Shown here piece by piece: positions 10,704-22,754 of a stretch of 55,108 bases of DNA. A program made the translations under genes and the position numbers. This stretch comes from Craspedostauros australis. Its lineage: Eukaryota. How positions within the stretch are numbered: position 1 is the first letter of the stretch; each line of letters starts with the position of its first letter. The stretch lies in assembly GCA_030167865.1 (NCBI GenBank), contig JALAGF010001711.1, positions 1-55,108 of the forward strand. The letters run 5' to 3'. The notes beneath the pieces were generated by a model. It searched no databases. It was not told the origin of the DNA and saw nothing but the letters and a program-made list of their open reading frames with translations.

Positions 10704-11789
10704 ACACGCAATCTAAAGAACTTTCGATTTTGTCGTTTTGGATGCCTGTGGCGCACAGCCTCGTGGACCATCCAGTACATAGAGACCCACTGGAATGCAA
10801 GTGCCACCATTGATCGCTGCAATTCGTGTTGCGCCGTATCATCGCATTTCATCCCAACCCATCCGGCGACATCAGTCAGCAGTACGGCTTGGGCATGGCA
10901 GTCGCTGCCAAAGAACCAATGGTGGTTCTTCATCGTCTTCTTCTTCATCTTCTCGTCCCCCCTTCACCATGATCATCGTGTTTCATGTGGAATGGAAAAA
11001 GAGAGAAAGATCATAACGGAGGGAGAGAGAAGTGAGAAGGAAGAAGGGGGTTGCGGAGCAGATGCAGCAATTCATTCAACAGGAGCGCAAGATAAGCGAG
11101 CAATCCAACACATGAGTGTGTTGGACAAGAGATGTCCACGCATTGGTTCATGCAAGTGGAAATACAAACAATCGAAGCTATCCCAATGTAACAATAGTAT
11201 TATAAGACAGTGCATACACATTACGCCAACAACAGATTAGAGTGTTCTATTTGTTTTTGCCACGCGCAGATGGACGTGCGAGTACATCCCCTACGCAGCA
11301 AGCAGGAATGTCTTGCTCTCCCAGACTCCTCCTGTACTTCCCTGGATTTCCGTCCCATGGTGGAGGAGGGTACGTACGAACAAAGATTAGCGTACGAATA
11401 GAGTGCGGCACAGCACAGGTGTAGAAGACTAACAGCAGATATCTATTCTCAAGATTGTAGACTGAGATCGGTATCTATCTCGCAGGACACACTGGAACGA
11501 TCCGCCGCGTGTCATGACGACAAGTCACCAGAACCAACCAAACAGAACCGAAAGAACACATCAACCCCATCACCACAACACTTTCCATCGAATTCGGATC
11601 TTCCCAAACGCGAACACAAGCGACATTGCGAAACCAGATCTCAAATCTTCCTCTCTCTCTCTTTGTCTCGTTCCACCGCGAGTTCCGATCCTGCACATTC
11701 CAAAACTTATTAACTCATAAACTTACTAACTCATAAACACACAAATAGCCATCCTCGTCAGTACGAATCCTCGCACCAGTTCAAACAGG

Positions 11790-13568
11790 ATGAAGTTGAA
11801 CATGATGCTCTTCGCCGCTGCGATGGCTGCGCTGCGATCAGGCAGCAACGTCGGCGTGATGGGCTTCTCGCCGAGCTGTTCGCTGCGTACTCTCAACGCT
11901 TTGCGTCCGCCATCTTCTGCGACGACCAGAGCTGCAACGAGGCTGTTCCAATCGGTCGCTCCGCCCGATGCCCAGATGGACACCGCTTGCAATTCGAAGG
12001 CGAAGAGCAAGGTTCCCATCACGCTGCTCTCTGGATTCCTCGGATCCGGAAAGACAACTGCCTTGCAGCATCTGTTGGAGAACACGGACGGGGTCAAGAT
12101 TGGCATCATCGTCAACGACGTTGCCAGCGTCAACATCGATGCCAAGCTCGTCTCGTCCTCCAGCTCGGCGCAGAAGCTGGACGGTGCCGGTGGCGTTGTG
12201 GAACTGCAGAATGGCTGCGCTTGCTGCAGCTTGGCAGACGAAATGCTGGCCAGCATCGACCAGATCCTGTCGAGCCGCAGCGCGGACGATCCCCTCGATG
12301 CGATCGTCATTGAACTTTCCGGCGTTGCCGATCCGCTCGCCATCCAAGCGAACTGGCAGCAAGCCTTGGTGGCTGGAGTTCCAGTCACCAGCAAGGCGGA
12401 TGTCTCCCAGGTGGTCACCGTCATCGACTCCTCCACCTTCGGCACGGACTGGATGACTTGGGACACGGCAGGCGAGCGATCCGGTTGGACGGATGAAGGC
12501 GAGAATTGTTCCGGACAACGCAAGGTACCAGAGCTGTTGGCCGAGCAGGTGGAGTCCGCCGACCTCATCCTCATGAACAAGGTCGACATTGCTGGTGGCG
12601 ACCAAACGAAGATCGCCACGGCGCTCGCCAAGCGGCTCAATGCAAAGGCCTTCCTCGAGGAGACGACATTCGGAAAGATTTCCCCGCAAAAGATCCTGTC
12701 GAATGACTACTTGACGTCTGTCCTGGAATCCAAGGAGGAGGGCAAATGCAGCAACCCTGGATGCGGCAATCCCGATTGCTCGTCATCGCATTCTCACGAT
12801 CATGATCACGCGAGCCATGCCGATGATAAGCCAGCTGAGGAAAGCACGAGCTGTTCCGATCCCGATTACATCGACGAATCGGAGTCGCACACGCACTCGC
12901 ACACGCACTCGCATGCCACATCCACCGACAACCTCGGCATCGTGAATTTCGTTTACAAGGCGTCGCGCCCGTTCAACCAGAAGAAGCTCATGACGGTGCT
13001 GAACACCTGGCCGGTCCCCATCAAGGACAATCTTGACATCACCCTTCTGGATGACATGAACGCAGGAAAGCCGATTCCCACCGAGAACGGCAGCCTGATC
13101 GATAATCCTTTTGTCGGCGTTCTCCGCAGCAAGGGATTCTGCTGGTTCGCTCCCACGCGGTGGACCGGCGCAAGAGAGGATGTTTGGCGCCACGACACCG
13201 CCATGTTCTGGAGTCACGCTGGCAAGCACTTCGGCATTTCATCCGCCGGCAAATGGTGGGACAGCATCTCCAAGGAGCAGATGAAGAAATACTTCAAGAC
13301 CAACAAGGGTGAGTACGAGCGCATCCTCGACGAGGACTTCATGACAGAGGAGTTCGGTGATCGTCGGCAGGAGATCGTCTTCATCGGTGTCAATCTCCTT
13401 GAAGAGGAGATCCGCCAGGCCCTCGACAGCTGTCTGGTCACCGAGAGGGGAATGAAACGCTACAGACAGGCATTGCAGAACTGGGAGCTTTCTGTCATGG
13501 GCAGAGAACACGGCGGACCAAGCCTCTTCGATGTTGGCAGCGTCGATCACATGGATGTCAACAAGTAA
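11790..13568 (+). CDS. COG0523 / CobW-family (G3E) metal-chaperone GTPase, probably plastid-targeted
   Basis: Walker A GFLGSGKTT, VNDVASVNID, GCACC metal motif, IELSGVADP, NKVD, His-rich insert, RSKG and FGDRRQEIVFIG (CobW_C). N-terminal hydrophobic leader followed by VMG-FSP (ASAFAP-like) and a Ser/Arg/Ala transit-like segment. Confidence 0.93.
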   Translation: MKLNMMLFAAAMAALRSGSNVGVMGFSPSCSLRTLNALRPPSSATTRAATRLFQSVAPPDAQMDTACNSKAKSKVPITLLSGFLGSGKTTALQHLLENTDGVKIGIIVNDVASVNIDAKLVSSSSSAQKLDGAGGVVELQNGCACCSLADEMLASIDQILSSRSADDPLDAIVIELSGVADPLAIQANWQQALVAGVPVTSKADVSQVVTVIDSSTFGTDWMTWDTAGERSGWTDEGENCSGQRKVPELLAEQVESADLILMNKVDIAGGDQTKIATALAKRLNAKAFLEETTFGKISPQKILSNDYLTSVLESKEEGKCSNPGCGNPDCSSSHSHDHDHASHADDKPAEESTSCSDPDYIDESESHTHSHTHSHATSTDNLGIVNFVYKASRPFNQKKLMTVLNTWPVPIKDNLDITLLDDMNAGKPIPTENGSLIDNPFVGVLRSKGFCWFAPTRWTGAREDVWRHDTAMFWSHAGKHFGISSAGKWWDSISKEQMKKYFKTNKGEYERILDEDFMTEEFGDRRQEIVFIGVNLLEEEIRQALDSCLVTERGMKRYRQALQNWELSVMGREHGGPSLFDVGSVDHMDVNK

Positions 13569-14381
13569 GCACGGGTGTGCGGTGGTATGGTGGTGCCGAC
13601 ATTGAAGAGGCTTGCACAACGCGGAGCAGGCTCCAGAATGTCCATCACGACACACGAACAGATCAGACTTTGTTTAGCCATAGTAGGAGTTGCGTGAAAA
13701 TAATATATGACTATCATAATAGGCACATGATGACACTGTTTCCGAAACGTCAATTTAACGGCCACGTCATTTATTCGCGCCTTTCTCGTAAAACACACAG
13801 AAATTGTCCGAGTTTGTCATTCGTGGATAATCTCACGATCTGTATTTATTTGGATACGTCACGATGACGTCATCATAGTAGGCTTGTCCTTTTCACACGA
13901 TTGATCGGATCGTTGACATTCAGTGTCGGAAGGCCAAATGGAGCTGTTATGGGGGCGATTCAAATTCAAATCCAAAAAAGTGATCAAAAACGACAACGCG
14001 AGCCGATCACTGGTGGGGTCACATGACATGTGCGAAGACGCGATGGAGGCGACACTCTCCGAGAGGAAGCCGACATGTGAAGAGAACGAACGACTCTCCA
14101 CAAACTGTTCCTCCCTCTCACAAACTACGGGCACCACGTGCAAGCACAAGCGCACGCACAAGCGCACGCACAGGCAAATCATTATCCTCCCCCTCGTCTT
14201 CATCTTCATCCACATCCACATCTCTGCCCTAGAGAGCTCCAACAACAAGTACTCCACTGTGTTCAACATCGTGCTCGATACCAACATCAACAACCCCCAC
14301 AAGTCCATCTGACATAAAAACGAAACAAGCGCGCTACTCCACACACCATCGAGCATCCAAACCAACGCCACCTCTTGCAAC

Positions 14382-16221
14382 ATGATGACCATGATGAAAA
14401 CGACGTTGGTCGTGCTGCAACTCCTCAGCATCTTCGCATCCGCCGAGGCATGGGACAAGGCGAACTATGGATTGCGACGTCTCGACATATCTGACGACCT
14501 CCACATGGCCAGGAGGGTCCGTAGGTTGCATGACAACAGCAAGACATCGAAAAGCACCATCGATACCAACTCCACCAGCACCAACTCCACCAGCACCAAC
14601 ATAACCAGTTCCAAGACATCGAAGAGCATAATCGACACCAACGCCACAATCACAGAAATCACAACCTTGTCCAGCGGCAAGAGCGCCAAGCAGTACAAGT
14701 CCGCCCCCACCAAGCGAAACTGCGGCATCAGTAAGTCAACAGCAGCTCGGTGACGTTGACACACCTCATTTCTGACATCTTTGCGATGGCTGCTTTGAAA
14801 TACTCAAGATTCGCCCCCATATCAAACTTCATCCGGTTCGATGTCCCTGAGCGCATCCACCTCCCATCCTGCCCATTCATCCACTCCATCCACTCCGCGC
14901 ACTCAGTTGGTTCTCCCTTCCCTTTCCCTTTCCATGCTTCATTTCACCATGTTGATCGGTCTGCATGGCTGTTCGTCCATCACTGCCCACATGTCCTTTC
15001 CTTTCATATCGTTTCATATCGTTTGCCTTCGCACTTGACATGGTATGATTGCCCATCATTGCACTGCTCATCTGCGATCTCCATGTTGCAGAGGAGAAAA
15101 CCGATAAAGTGGAATTCAAGTGCAAGGCGGAGACGGAGACCGATGACGGTAGTGAGATCGAGGATGAGATCAAGTTCACTGTCTCGTCCAAGGATGAGGA
15201 ACCGCTGACGGTCACGATCGAGTACGAGCAAGAAATCCAAGCCGTCGTCAACGATACCGAGACCGAGACTGAGACCGCCACCAAGTTCGAAGTCGAGTTC
15301 GACCGCATCATCGAGTATCGCAAGGCCAACACCACCGCCAATATGACGAACACGACCGGCAATAAGTCCGATACTGACGAAAGCGCAAACGCATTCGATT
15401 GGGAAGAGGACATCATCGTTCAGGAGTTCGAAATATCAGACTGGACTGCCTTCGCTCCTGTCATGGGGGACGCCAACTCCTCCACATTCTCCATTTCCAC
15501 CGAGGATGGCGTCGTGACCTTCAATTTCACCATCGCCCACGCTGACACCAACAACGTGACTGCCAACGAGATGAAGATCGACTTCGACCTGAACAACTTC
15601 CCATGGAATTCCACTGATACTTACGTTGCGCTGATATGCTCCATCGAGTCAGAACGTTCCATCGAAGTGGAATTCAGCGACACCAGCAGCGGCTCCCCTC
15701 CGGGCACGACGAAGACGGCCACTGATGTCAAGATCAGCTTCGATGACGCGGTGGATACTGTCGGCTTCACCCCCTTCGGAGCATACACCTGGGTGGACTA
15801 TGCCGAGGTGAGCGATGATAACTCCACAAGCAACATGACAGCCGTCGTCGCGACATCCTCGACGGAGGATAACTCCACAGAGATTGCTTTCTCTTTCGTT
15901 GGGGCGTCGGCGATGACCGCATCCGACATCTTCTGGGATCCTCAGGCAGGTATTGGTTACGGCGATGAGCTGGTGACCGCCGATGAACCCGACGACGACG
16001 AGGGCGACAGCAGTAGCCCCCCAGCCACCGGTGACAACACCGATCCAAACCTGAACACGGACTCAGACACCGGCGGTGGCGGTGGCACAGAGGATGATGC
16101 CGCGGATGATGGCAACAATGACAGAAGCAGCAGTGTGAGCGTCACCGGACCTTTCGGTGTTGTATCATGCGTGGTGTTGCTGATCGCTGGTGCTCCTGCT
16201 GCGCTTGCAATGCTGGGATAA
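14382..16221 (+). CDS. Secreted acidic protein, ~492 aa, with RXL propeptide motifs, KxxK segment, beta-rich domain and GPI-like C-terminus; exons 14382-14730 and 15092-16221
   Basis: Signal peptide ending ASAEA; two RRL motifs; GTAAGT donor at 14731 and TTGCAG acceptor at 15091 join the two ORFs in frame (A+AG=Lys). D/E/T-rich body; hydrophobic C-terminus with no cytosolic tail. Confidence 0.82.
14731..15091 (+). other. Spliceosomal intron, 361 nt
   Basis: GTAAGT donor, pyrimidine-rich body, TTGCAG acceptor; frame-restoring. Confidence 0.8.
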
Positions 16222-18760
16222 GATGGCCACGAACAGGCAGGTGAACTTTTTCACCGCTGTGGCACTGCTGCGATGACACTGCTAGTATGACCCTCGCCAT
16301 CACTGCCGACGCGCCCAACCGCAGCCAAAGAACGACGACGCTGCGTGATGAAGATGGTGGCTGTTGCTACTTGTGCGCTGCCACATCCCTACGACGCGGA
16401 CACCATGTCATACGTGCACGGGCGCGTGGTTCATGTAGTCCGCAGTGGCATGCGGGTGGGTCGTCCTCCAGCCGATCTCCCCATCGCGGCTTCTTCACAA
16501 ATCCCCCGATCGAGGCTTCGATCTGTTTCTCACCAATCCCGCAGCTTTCCGCGTGCCATATGTAAATGATGCACATATGACATGGAGCGATCAAAGCAAT
16601 CCAGATGTGAACCAATCTGGAACGATTGGACTTATCCTATTGGCGAAAAGGCACAAGGGACCTCCAATCTGTTCTTGCCAACTCAGACCAAACCGCTTTG
16701 AGCCGCCGAACGGCGCCGTCTCCGTCCCGGCTTCACCCTCGACTTCGCACGGGATTGCACTGCAAGGGTGAGAGGTGATGCGTATCCCTTTTGCGACAAA
16801 ACTTAACTTGCTTTAGATGTCAAATGTTTAAATTGTCATCTCGCTGATTCACTGCTTCGTTGCTTTGATCTTGGTTGTGCGACTATCAATAGACGATACA
16901 TAATAGATTGGAGCAGCGCAGTTGATACCTTCATCTTTGGGGATGATGCTTGACGAAGAGCCACGTTCCTCACGTACTGCGACAACCAGCGATGTTGCAA
17001 TGGTGCATGGCACACCCACACGCGCGAGCAGCCGATGCGGTGTCGGTTTTGGTGTCGCCTTGTTTGACATTCGCCGAACAAGGTCCCAGCATGAAATCTG
17101 GCAACGGCGGCCGGAAAGTCCAAAGTCACAACAAAGAATAATGACCGCTTCTTTTGCTGTCGCCAAAGTACCATCGACCACGGCCGGTGTAATCGGTGGC
17201 AGGATGACCGCAACCAACAGACATGATCGCGAACACGCCTGGTGACTTGCGAAACTTCGCTCCCTCCTCGCTGCGAAGCGATGTCCGCATCTCCTCAGCT
17301 GTCCCTCCTACCTCTATGAGAGGAAACGAGTGCGCTATGAGTTATCGAATGACGCCTGTAACAAGGAGGCAACCAAAACTCGTGTTCGTGGGCGCGCATG
17401 GTGTACGAGCTATGGTATAGTACTACTAGCATCGCAGCGCACATCTCTCCGCATGAACTAATTGTCAAACCGTCTGAAACATCACCATGTACACGTATCA
17501 ACCTACCATTCGCAATGCATAGATCATCGTCCTCCTCTGCACACGAGAGTGCCACGGGAGTGGACATGATCATGGAAACATTTCGCGAGGTGCAGACACA
17601 CTCCAGTGGAGCACAGAGATACAATACAGACTCTATGTGCTTCCACGATACCTGCCTCTGGCAGGATGAAGAAGTCTTGGACAAGACGGTATTGGCCAAG
17701 CACAAGACCGAGAATAAACAAACAATGCATAAGTGCGATAGCATGTTTGGCACTACTCGTAGCTCGCAGCATGGAAGAAAAGACGAGCACTACTCCGCCA
17801 GTGACCGCCTTCTGGTATTGACCCACCTGCGTAATGGCAAGATGCCATCGCTGTCTTGTACGACCTACTCGACGAGCTGTTTGTATTGGTCGGTACTCAT
17901 GGCAGGTTGTCCAGAGACAATACAACTCGTAGTGTGGTATTCTGTACGCACGTACCTCGTGTATCACTCTCGTGGAGCCAGGCCTGCCTTCCCGCTGCCT
18001 CCAGCAGCTTCTTTGGTTGATGTGTCGCGCGGCGCGTTGCTGCAAAGTACTCGGACTCGGTGTGCCCAGACACTTGGAAATGGCCTCTTCTTGCCTACCT
18101 CGGTTAGTCTAATGATCGTGGCGTCAGTTGCTTCAAATCACTCCACCAATACTCTGAAGTGCTCTGCGATGAACGAGAATGCTCTCATTGGCGGTACCTT
18201 ATGGCGTATCTGGATTACGACAGCCTAAGGTGATGTTATGCGAAAGCGGTGAATTGCTGCGTAATGCATCGCTTCCGTCGAAGGTGTTATCAGGATCTTG
18301 TCTTGGCTACTCTATCCAATGACAGAGAAATCACGGCGCATCTTGGCATGCATCGCGCGAGAAGCAAGAAGAGGATCCTGGGATGTTGGTTGGTATGGGA
18401 CGAGCTACACACAAGGTTGCTTGAGAGTTCTGCCATCATATGTTGTTGCCCGTGTCCAGCCGGAGGCTCAGATATCGCGCACTATGATCTCTTGTTGGGG
18501 TGCCGTACTCCAGATCCCCCGTGAATGATAGTCGGGATGGGGGCTCGGATGCTATCTCTTGTTTGGACGCATGCGCGCGCATGTCTGAATATAATATGTG
18601 AATGACAGATGTATTGTAGATGTGCATGGCACCAATGTTAACACCATTGTGCTGTTCTCTACTGACATATAATAGTATGATAGTGTAGTGTAGAACAGCA
18701 CAATGGGTGTGCGCCCGTTCTCCATGGCCCGTGCACAAGCTACGTGCACCGCACTCCAAG

Positions 18761-20320
18761 TCACCGTCTCCCTTCCCTCTGCATGCGATGAAGGTCGCGG
18801 CCATGATCGTCATGGCTGTGGTCGGTGGTGTTGTGATCGTCGCCACCGGTAGTGTGTGCGCCATCCCTAAGAGACGACAGGAAATGGAAAGACTCTTCAT
18901 CAAGCGCCCGTGCCAAACGCCCGATGTTGGATCCGGATGTGATGTGAAAATCTCGAGGGGGTGTATTCGGCGACAGCTGAGATCTGGGACTTGCCAAGCC
19001 CATCGTCAGCATCGATGATCCCAGGCTACGCTGCGAGCTGTCGAACGTCGAACCGGATGGTACGTTGTGCGCTGGAGGTGTCTGGTGTGGCGGAACGGTG
19101 ATGGGATCAAACGGCATGTCGTTAGCCGACGACGATCCTGTCATGTCCTGGTCCGTCACGGAAGTGTGGATAGATCCCATACTTTGGTTCAGACTGGCGA
19201 ATGCCGACGAGGGTAAATGCGATGCTGCCCTGCCGAATGCGCCTCCTGCATGTTCTTGATCCGCCTTCATGTCTTCGCGTATTGGTGATGTTGCGGAGTC
19301 CATCCTATTCGTATTTACCGGGTTTTGTACTTCTGGCTGGATGGATTGCCAGGGTGCCATCCACGAGCTATTCGTGTCGAGGTTGCCGTGTAGACCTTGC
19401 TGGATCTGACCGACTTGATGATACTGTTGTTCTTGTCGCTGCTGTTGTTGCTGTCGCTGCTGCTGCTGTTGTCGAAGTTGTTGTTGCTGAAGAGATTCCG
19501 CGAATAACTCGTACTCATGCCTGTTCCTATGCTCATCGCCGTGCGTGTTGTGCACCTCCTCTGCGGCTTCATCGTCATCGCGGAAACCGTCAACGCGCGA
19601 AGATACACCACCCATAGTCACATCGCCGAGATCATATGATCCATCCTCCTGGAGGGCCTGTGCCCCCCTCAACCCTTGCATGTTGTAGATGGATGCAAAT
19701 TTTATGTCGAAGATGCGGCGGTCCTCCTGTTCTTGCTTCCATTTCTCGAGCTCGCGCTTGTACCGCTCCCGCTCGACCATTGCCTGTTGCTCGTATTTGG
19801 ATCGAGATGTGGGACCCAGCACTTTCCACTTGGATGCGATCGTTTTAGCAAGGCCTGCGAATCCGATCTTGGGTTTGCGGGCACGCCCCTTTCCATCGTG
19901 TGAAGGTTTCGGCACAGACCGCAAAGCAGGTATGGACGTAGACAACGGCGGCGGCGCTGCACTGGGCTCAACGTCGGCTGTGCTTGAGTGCAACGTTCCC
20001 TCGTTGATCATGTTCTGCCTTTCATCGGCGAAGAAGATGTTGTAAGCGGACAGAGGACGCTTGGGCATGTCCTTGGGCTTCTTCCATTTCCGCTTTCTTG
20101 TTCGCTTGGATTTGGGCGCAGTGGCACACGACGACGGTGACGCCGACTCCTGATTTCCGTCCATCGACGTTGAAAAGTCAGCGGAGGGATACGGAGCTAT
20201 TTGAGATGCTGACGCAAGTGCAGGCGCAAGTACAAGCGCGGAACCTAACACAGTGGAAGACGCGCCGTGGCTTTCTGACGTTACTTTCGATTCGATCGCA
20301 CTCTTGCCTGAATCTGCCAT
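18761..20320 (-). CDS. HMG-box DNA-binding protein (~519 aa from first in-frame ATG)
   Basis: KPKDMPKRPLSAYNIFFADERQ ... GFAGLAKTIASKWKVL ... KYEQQAMVERERYKRELEKWK is an HMG box, followed by a poly-Q region. The ORF-track start at 20662 is TTG, so ATG 20320 (or a later ATG) is more likely. Confidence 0.9.
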   Translation of the reverse strand: MADSGKSAIESKVTSESHGASSTVLGSALVLAPALASASQIAPYPSADFSTSMDGNQESASPSSCATAPKSKRTRKRKWKKPKDMPKRPLSAYNIFFADERQNMINEGTLHSSTADVEPSAAPPPLSTSIPALRSVPKPSHDGKGRARKPKIGFAGLAKTIASKWKVLGPTSRSKYEQQAMVERERYKRELEKWKQEQEDRRIFDIKFASIYNMQGLRGAQALQEDGSYDLGDVTMGGVSSRVDGFRDDDEAAEEVHNTHGDEHRNRHEYELFAESLQQQQLRQQQQQRQQQQQRQEQQYHQVGQIQQGLHGNLDTNSSWMAPWQSIQPEVQNPVNTNRMDSATSPIREDMKADQEHAGGAFGRAASHLPSSAFASLNQSMGSIHTSVTDQDMTGSSSANDMPFDPITVPPHQTPPAHNVPSGSTFDSSQRSLGSSMLTMGLASPRSQLSPNTPPRDFHITSGSNIGRLARALDEESFHFLSSLRDGAHTTGGDDHNTTDHSHDDHGRDLHRMQREGRR

Positions 20321-22695
20321 CGATCTGTGTTGTTTGTCTTCGTGTTTCTGCGTACTCGTGTGATAGTGCTGTTTGAACCGTAATCCCAGTTGTTGAGGCT
20401 GCTTTGGCGTCGAAGGTGGAAACGAGGATGGCGAAGTTATGGAAGCAGGCGGTTGTGATTGTGCCGTACGGGCATGCGGCTCGTGAGCAGCTTTTTGTGC
20501 TTGTTTTGCCAACGGCGTCGATGTTATCGATGAACTTGCTGGCTGTGCCCATACGAGCGGTGCCGAGTCCGGCTGATAATGTTGTCTTGCCGATTGGTGT
20601 CGGTCGATATCCTTGCCTGTTTCTTTGTGACTTGCAATCGATCTCTCGTCCCGTGCTGCCAAGACGGTGTTGGGTGTGTGACGCGGAGGCGTTGCTCCTA
20701 TGACCTTGGCGTCAGTCTTGATGTTCTCCGCAGGTGTGAGAGGAATGGAGAGAGCGAGATCGAGCCGCTGTTTTGCTTGACCAGCTTTATCATCCTTTGC
20801 GTCAAAAATCGATGCGCGCCACCGCGTGGTGGCAAAAAGTGGCGTACAATGAGCATCCGAGACACGAGTCGAGAGCAGGTATCACAGGGGTGATGGTGAG
20901 AATGATCCGCCGTGATGGATTGCCTGCCACGCATGAAGGTACACCTGGGATTGATGAGTGTCAATGAGACATGATCGTGTTCTCAGGAAGCGCCGAAGAA
21001 GAGTCGATTTGACCGACACAGCAAAAACACTACGCAAGTTTACAGAGCGACGACGGCAAAGACAGGGCAGCACGAGTAGTCTACACTCTGTGGCGTTTCT
21101 TATCTCCCCGCGTCTTTCGCCATGGTCCGAAGAAGCATAAATCGCATCATTAGCATCCCCCATAGAGCACCCAGACGCCGCACATCTGACGAGAGTACCC
21201 AACCGTCTCCTCCCATCCCATCTTACCAAAAAACGACAGAGTTATTGGGACCGAGCACTGGGCGATGGACCAACCATCTGACTTGTCGCCAAGTTGCCAA
21301 TCATGTGATGGATACGGGCTATTCCAGGATTGGACGAGGACGATGTATGGTATTATACATACGAATACGAGAGTGCTCCGCGAGAGTGCTCTGCGGGATG
21401 CTCCGCACAGAGAGCAGCAACTGTCACTTACGTTGTTGTCTGAATTCATTGCCTCTTCTCAACCCTGTCACGGAACGACTGCCGCTGGTTTGTTGCAGAT
21501 CGGGCAGTAGCAGGAGAATGGATGGGAGATGGAACGCTCTCTGGGTTCGGCGCGAAATCTTGCGGAATTGTGAGGAGACGGAACAGTGCCCATGCGGATA
21601 CTCGGCTGCGAAGTGGCTTGGTTGTTTGTGTGGTAGAATACAAGTTAGTGTGTCGACTGACCTTTGCGCCTTTACCTTGAATGCATCTGTCTGACCGGTA
21701 TTTGTCGACAAACCAGACAGACGACACCAAGGATGAGTTGCGCTCAGAAAGCGTCTCTTCGCTGCAGCGGAGCAACGAAACAGCCCCACAAAAACAGAGG
21801 TGCGCAGCCATGAACCCTGACGAGAGTGTGCTGTGTGTTTGCACCCTGGTACTTTTAGTCGGGTTGGAATAACAAGAGATCTACCACACGTCGCTAAGTA
21901 TATGTACTCTGCGAGCATGTATGCCACACACACAATGGCTCCACCTTCAATTGCGAGTGAGACACCGGACACGACATCGTGCGACAAGATTAATTTTAAC
22001 CGTTCGTCGAAAGGCGTGTTGTCTCTGACCTTGGGAGGTCCGCTCGTGGGCGTTCACGATGCAACGAACATGGCGAAGCGTCTTGTCGACAGACACAAAG
22101 CAGACGAAAGTGCGTCAAGACTGCTCGCAGTTTAATTAACGTGGTCGATGTTGAGACGCTGTGGTCACACTTCGGAAGCTGATGAAATCGAACCACGCTG
22201 TTCCTCTGCTAGCGGTGGGCTAAGTCAATGTCTTTGTACCTGGTGGCGACACTCCCGCGCCACTACCTGGGTTGACTGCGGAACGCGACTGGGAAAGGCG
22301 AGGCTCCCTGGCACAATTCTCTATTCGAGTTGTCTGGCAACCACGCAACGAGAAATGACGCACGCCTTTTGTCGTGGCGCTTAATAATACATGTGTTCGT
22401 ACTCGTGGGATGACTTCTCATTTCCATTGGTACGGAGAAGGTCACCTGCACAACACAGAAGCCGCTGTCGCAGTCGGAAGACTAATTGTGCCACAAAACG
22501 GCGCAGCCACCCTTCACGAACAAAAATGGGATCGACGCTTTTCCGACACCCAGAACACCTCCAAGACCAGCCAAGAGCCGAATGGCAGGAACAGGAGCGT
22601 TCCACAAATGCAGAAGAGCAGAGAATTGGCGTGGTACCGTACTCGTGGTTCGTGGCCTGTAGCTCGTACCATCCACACCGTGTATGGCACACAAA

Positions 22696-22754
22696 TACGA
22701 GTACGGGTACGAGCGTGAGCGTGAGTATGAGTGTGAACACGAGTACAAGTACGA
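22696..22754. repeat. Degenerate hexamer tandem array of TACGAG-like units
   Basis: TACGAG TACGGG TACGAG CGTGAG CGTGAG TATGAG TGTGAA CACGAG TACAAG TACGA read directly. Confidence 0.7.

Noticed and set aside
16700-16792. U1 snRNA-like ATTGCAC loop
   Set aside because: No 5' ATACTTACCTG, no Sm site, and the flanks do not form U1 stem-loop II.
17398-18228. 276-aa ORF in the intergenic region
   Set aside because: No recognisable motif, non-ATG start and no coding-like bias; cannot be supported without expression data.
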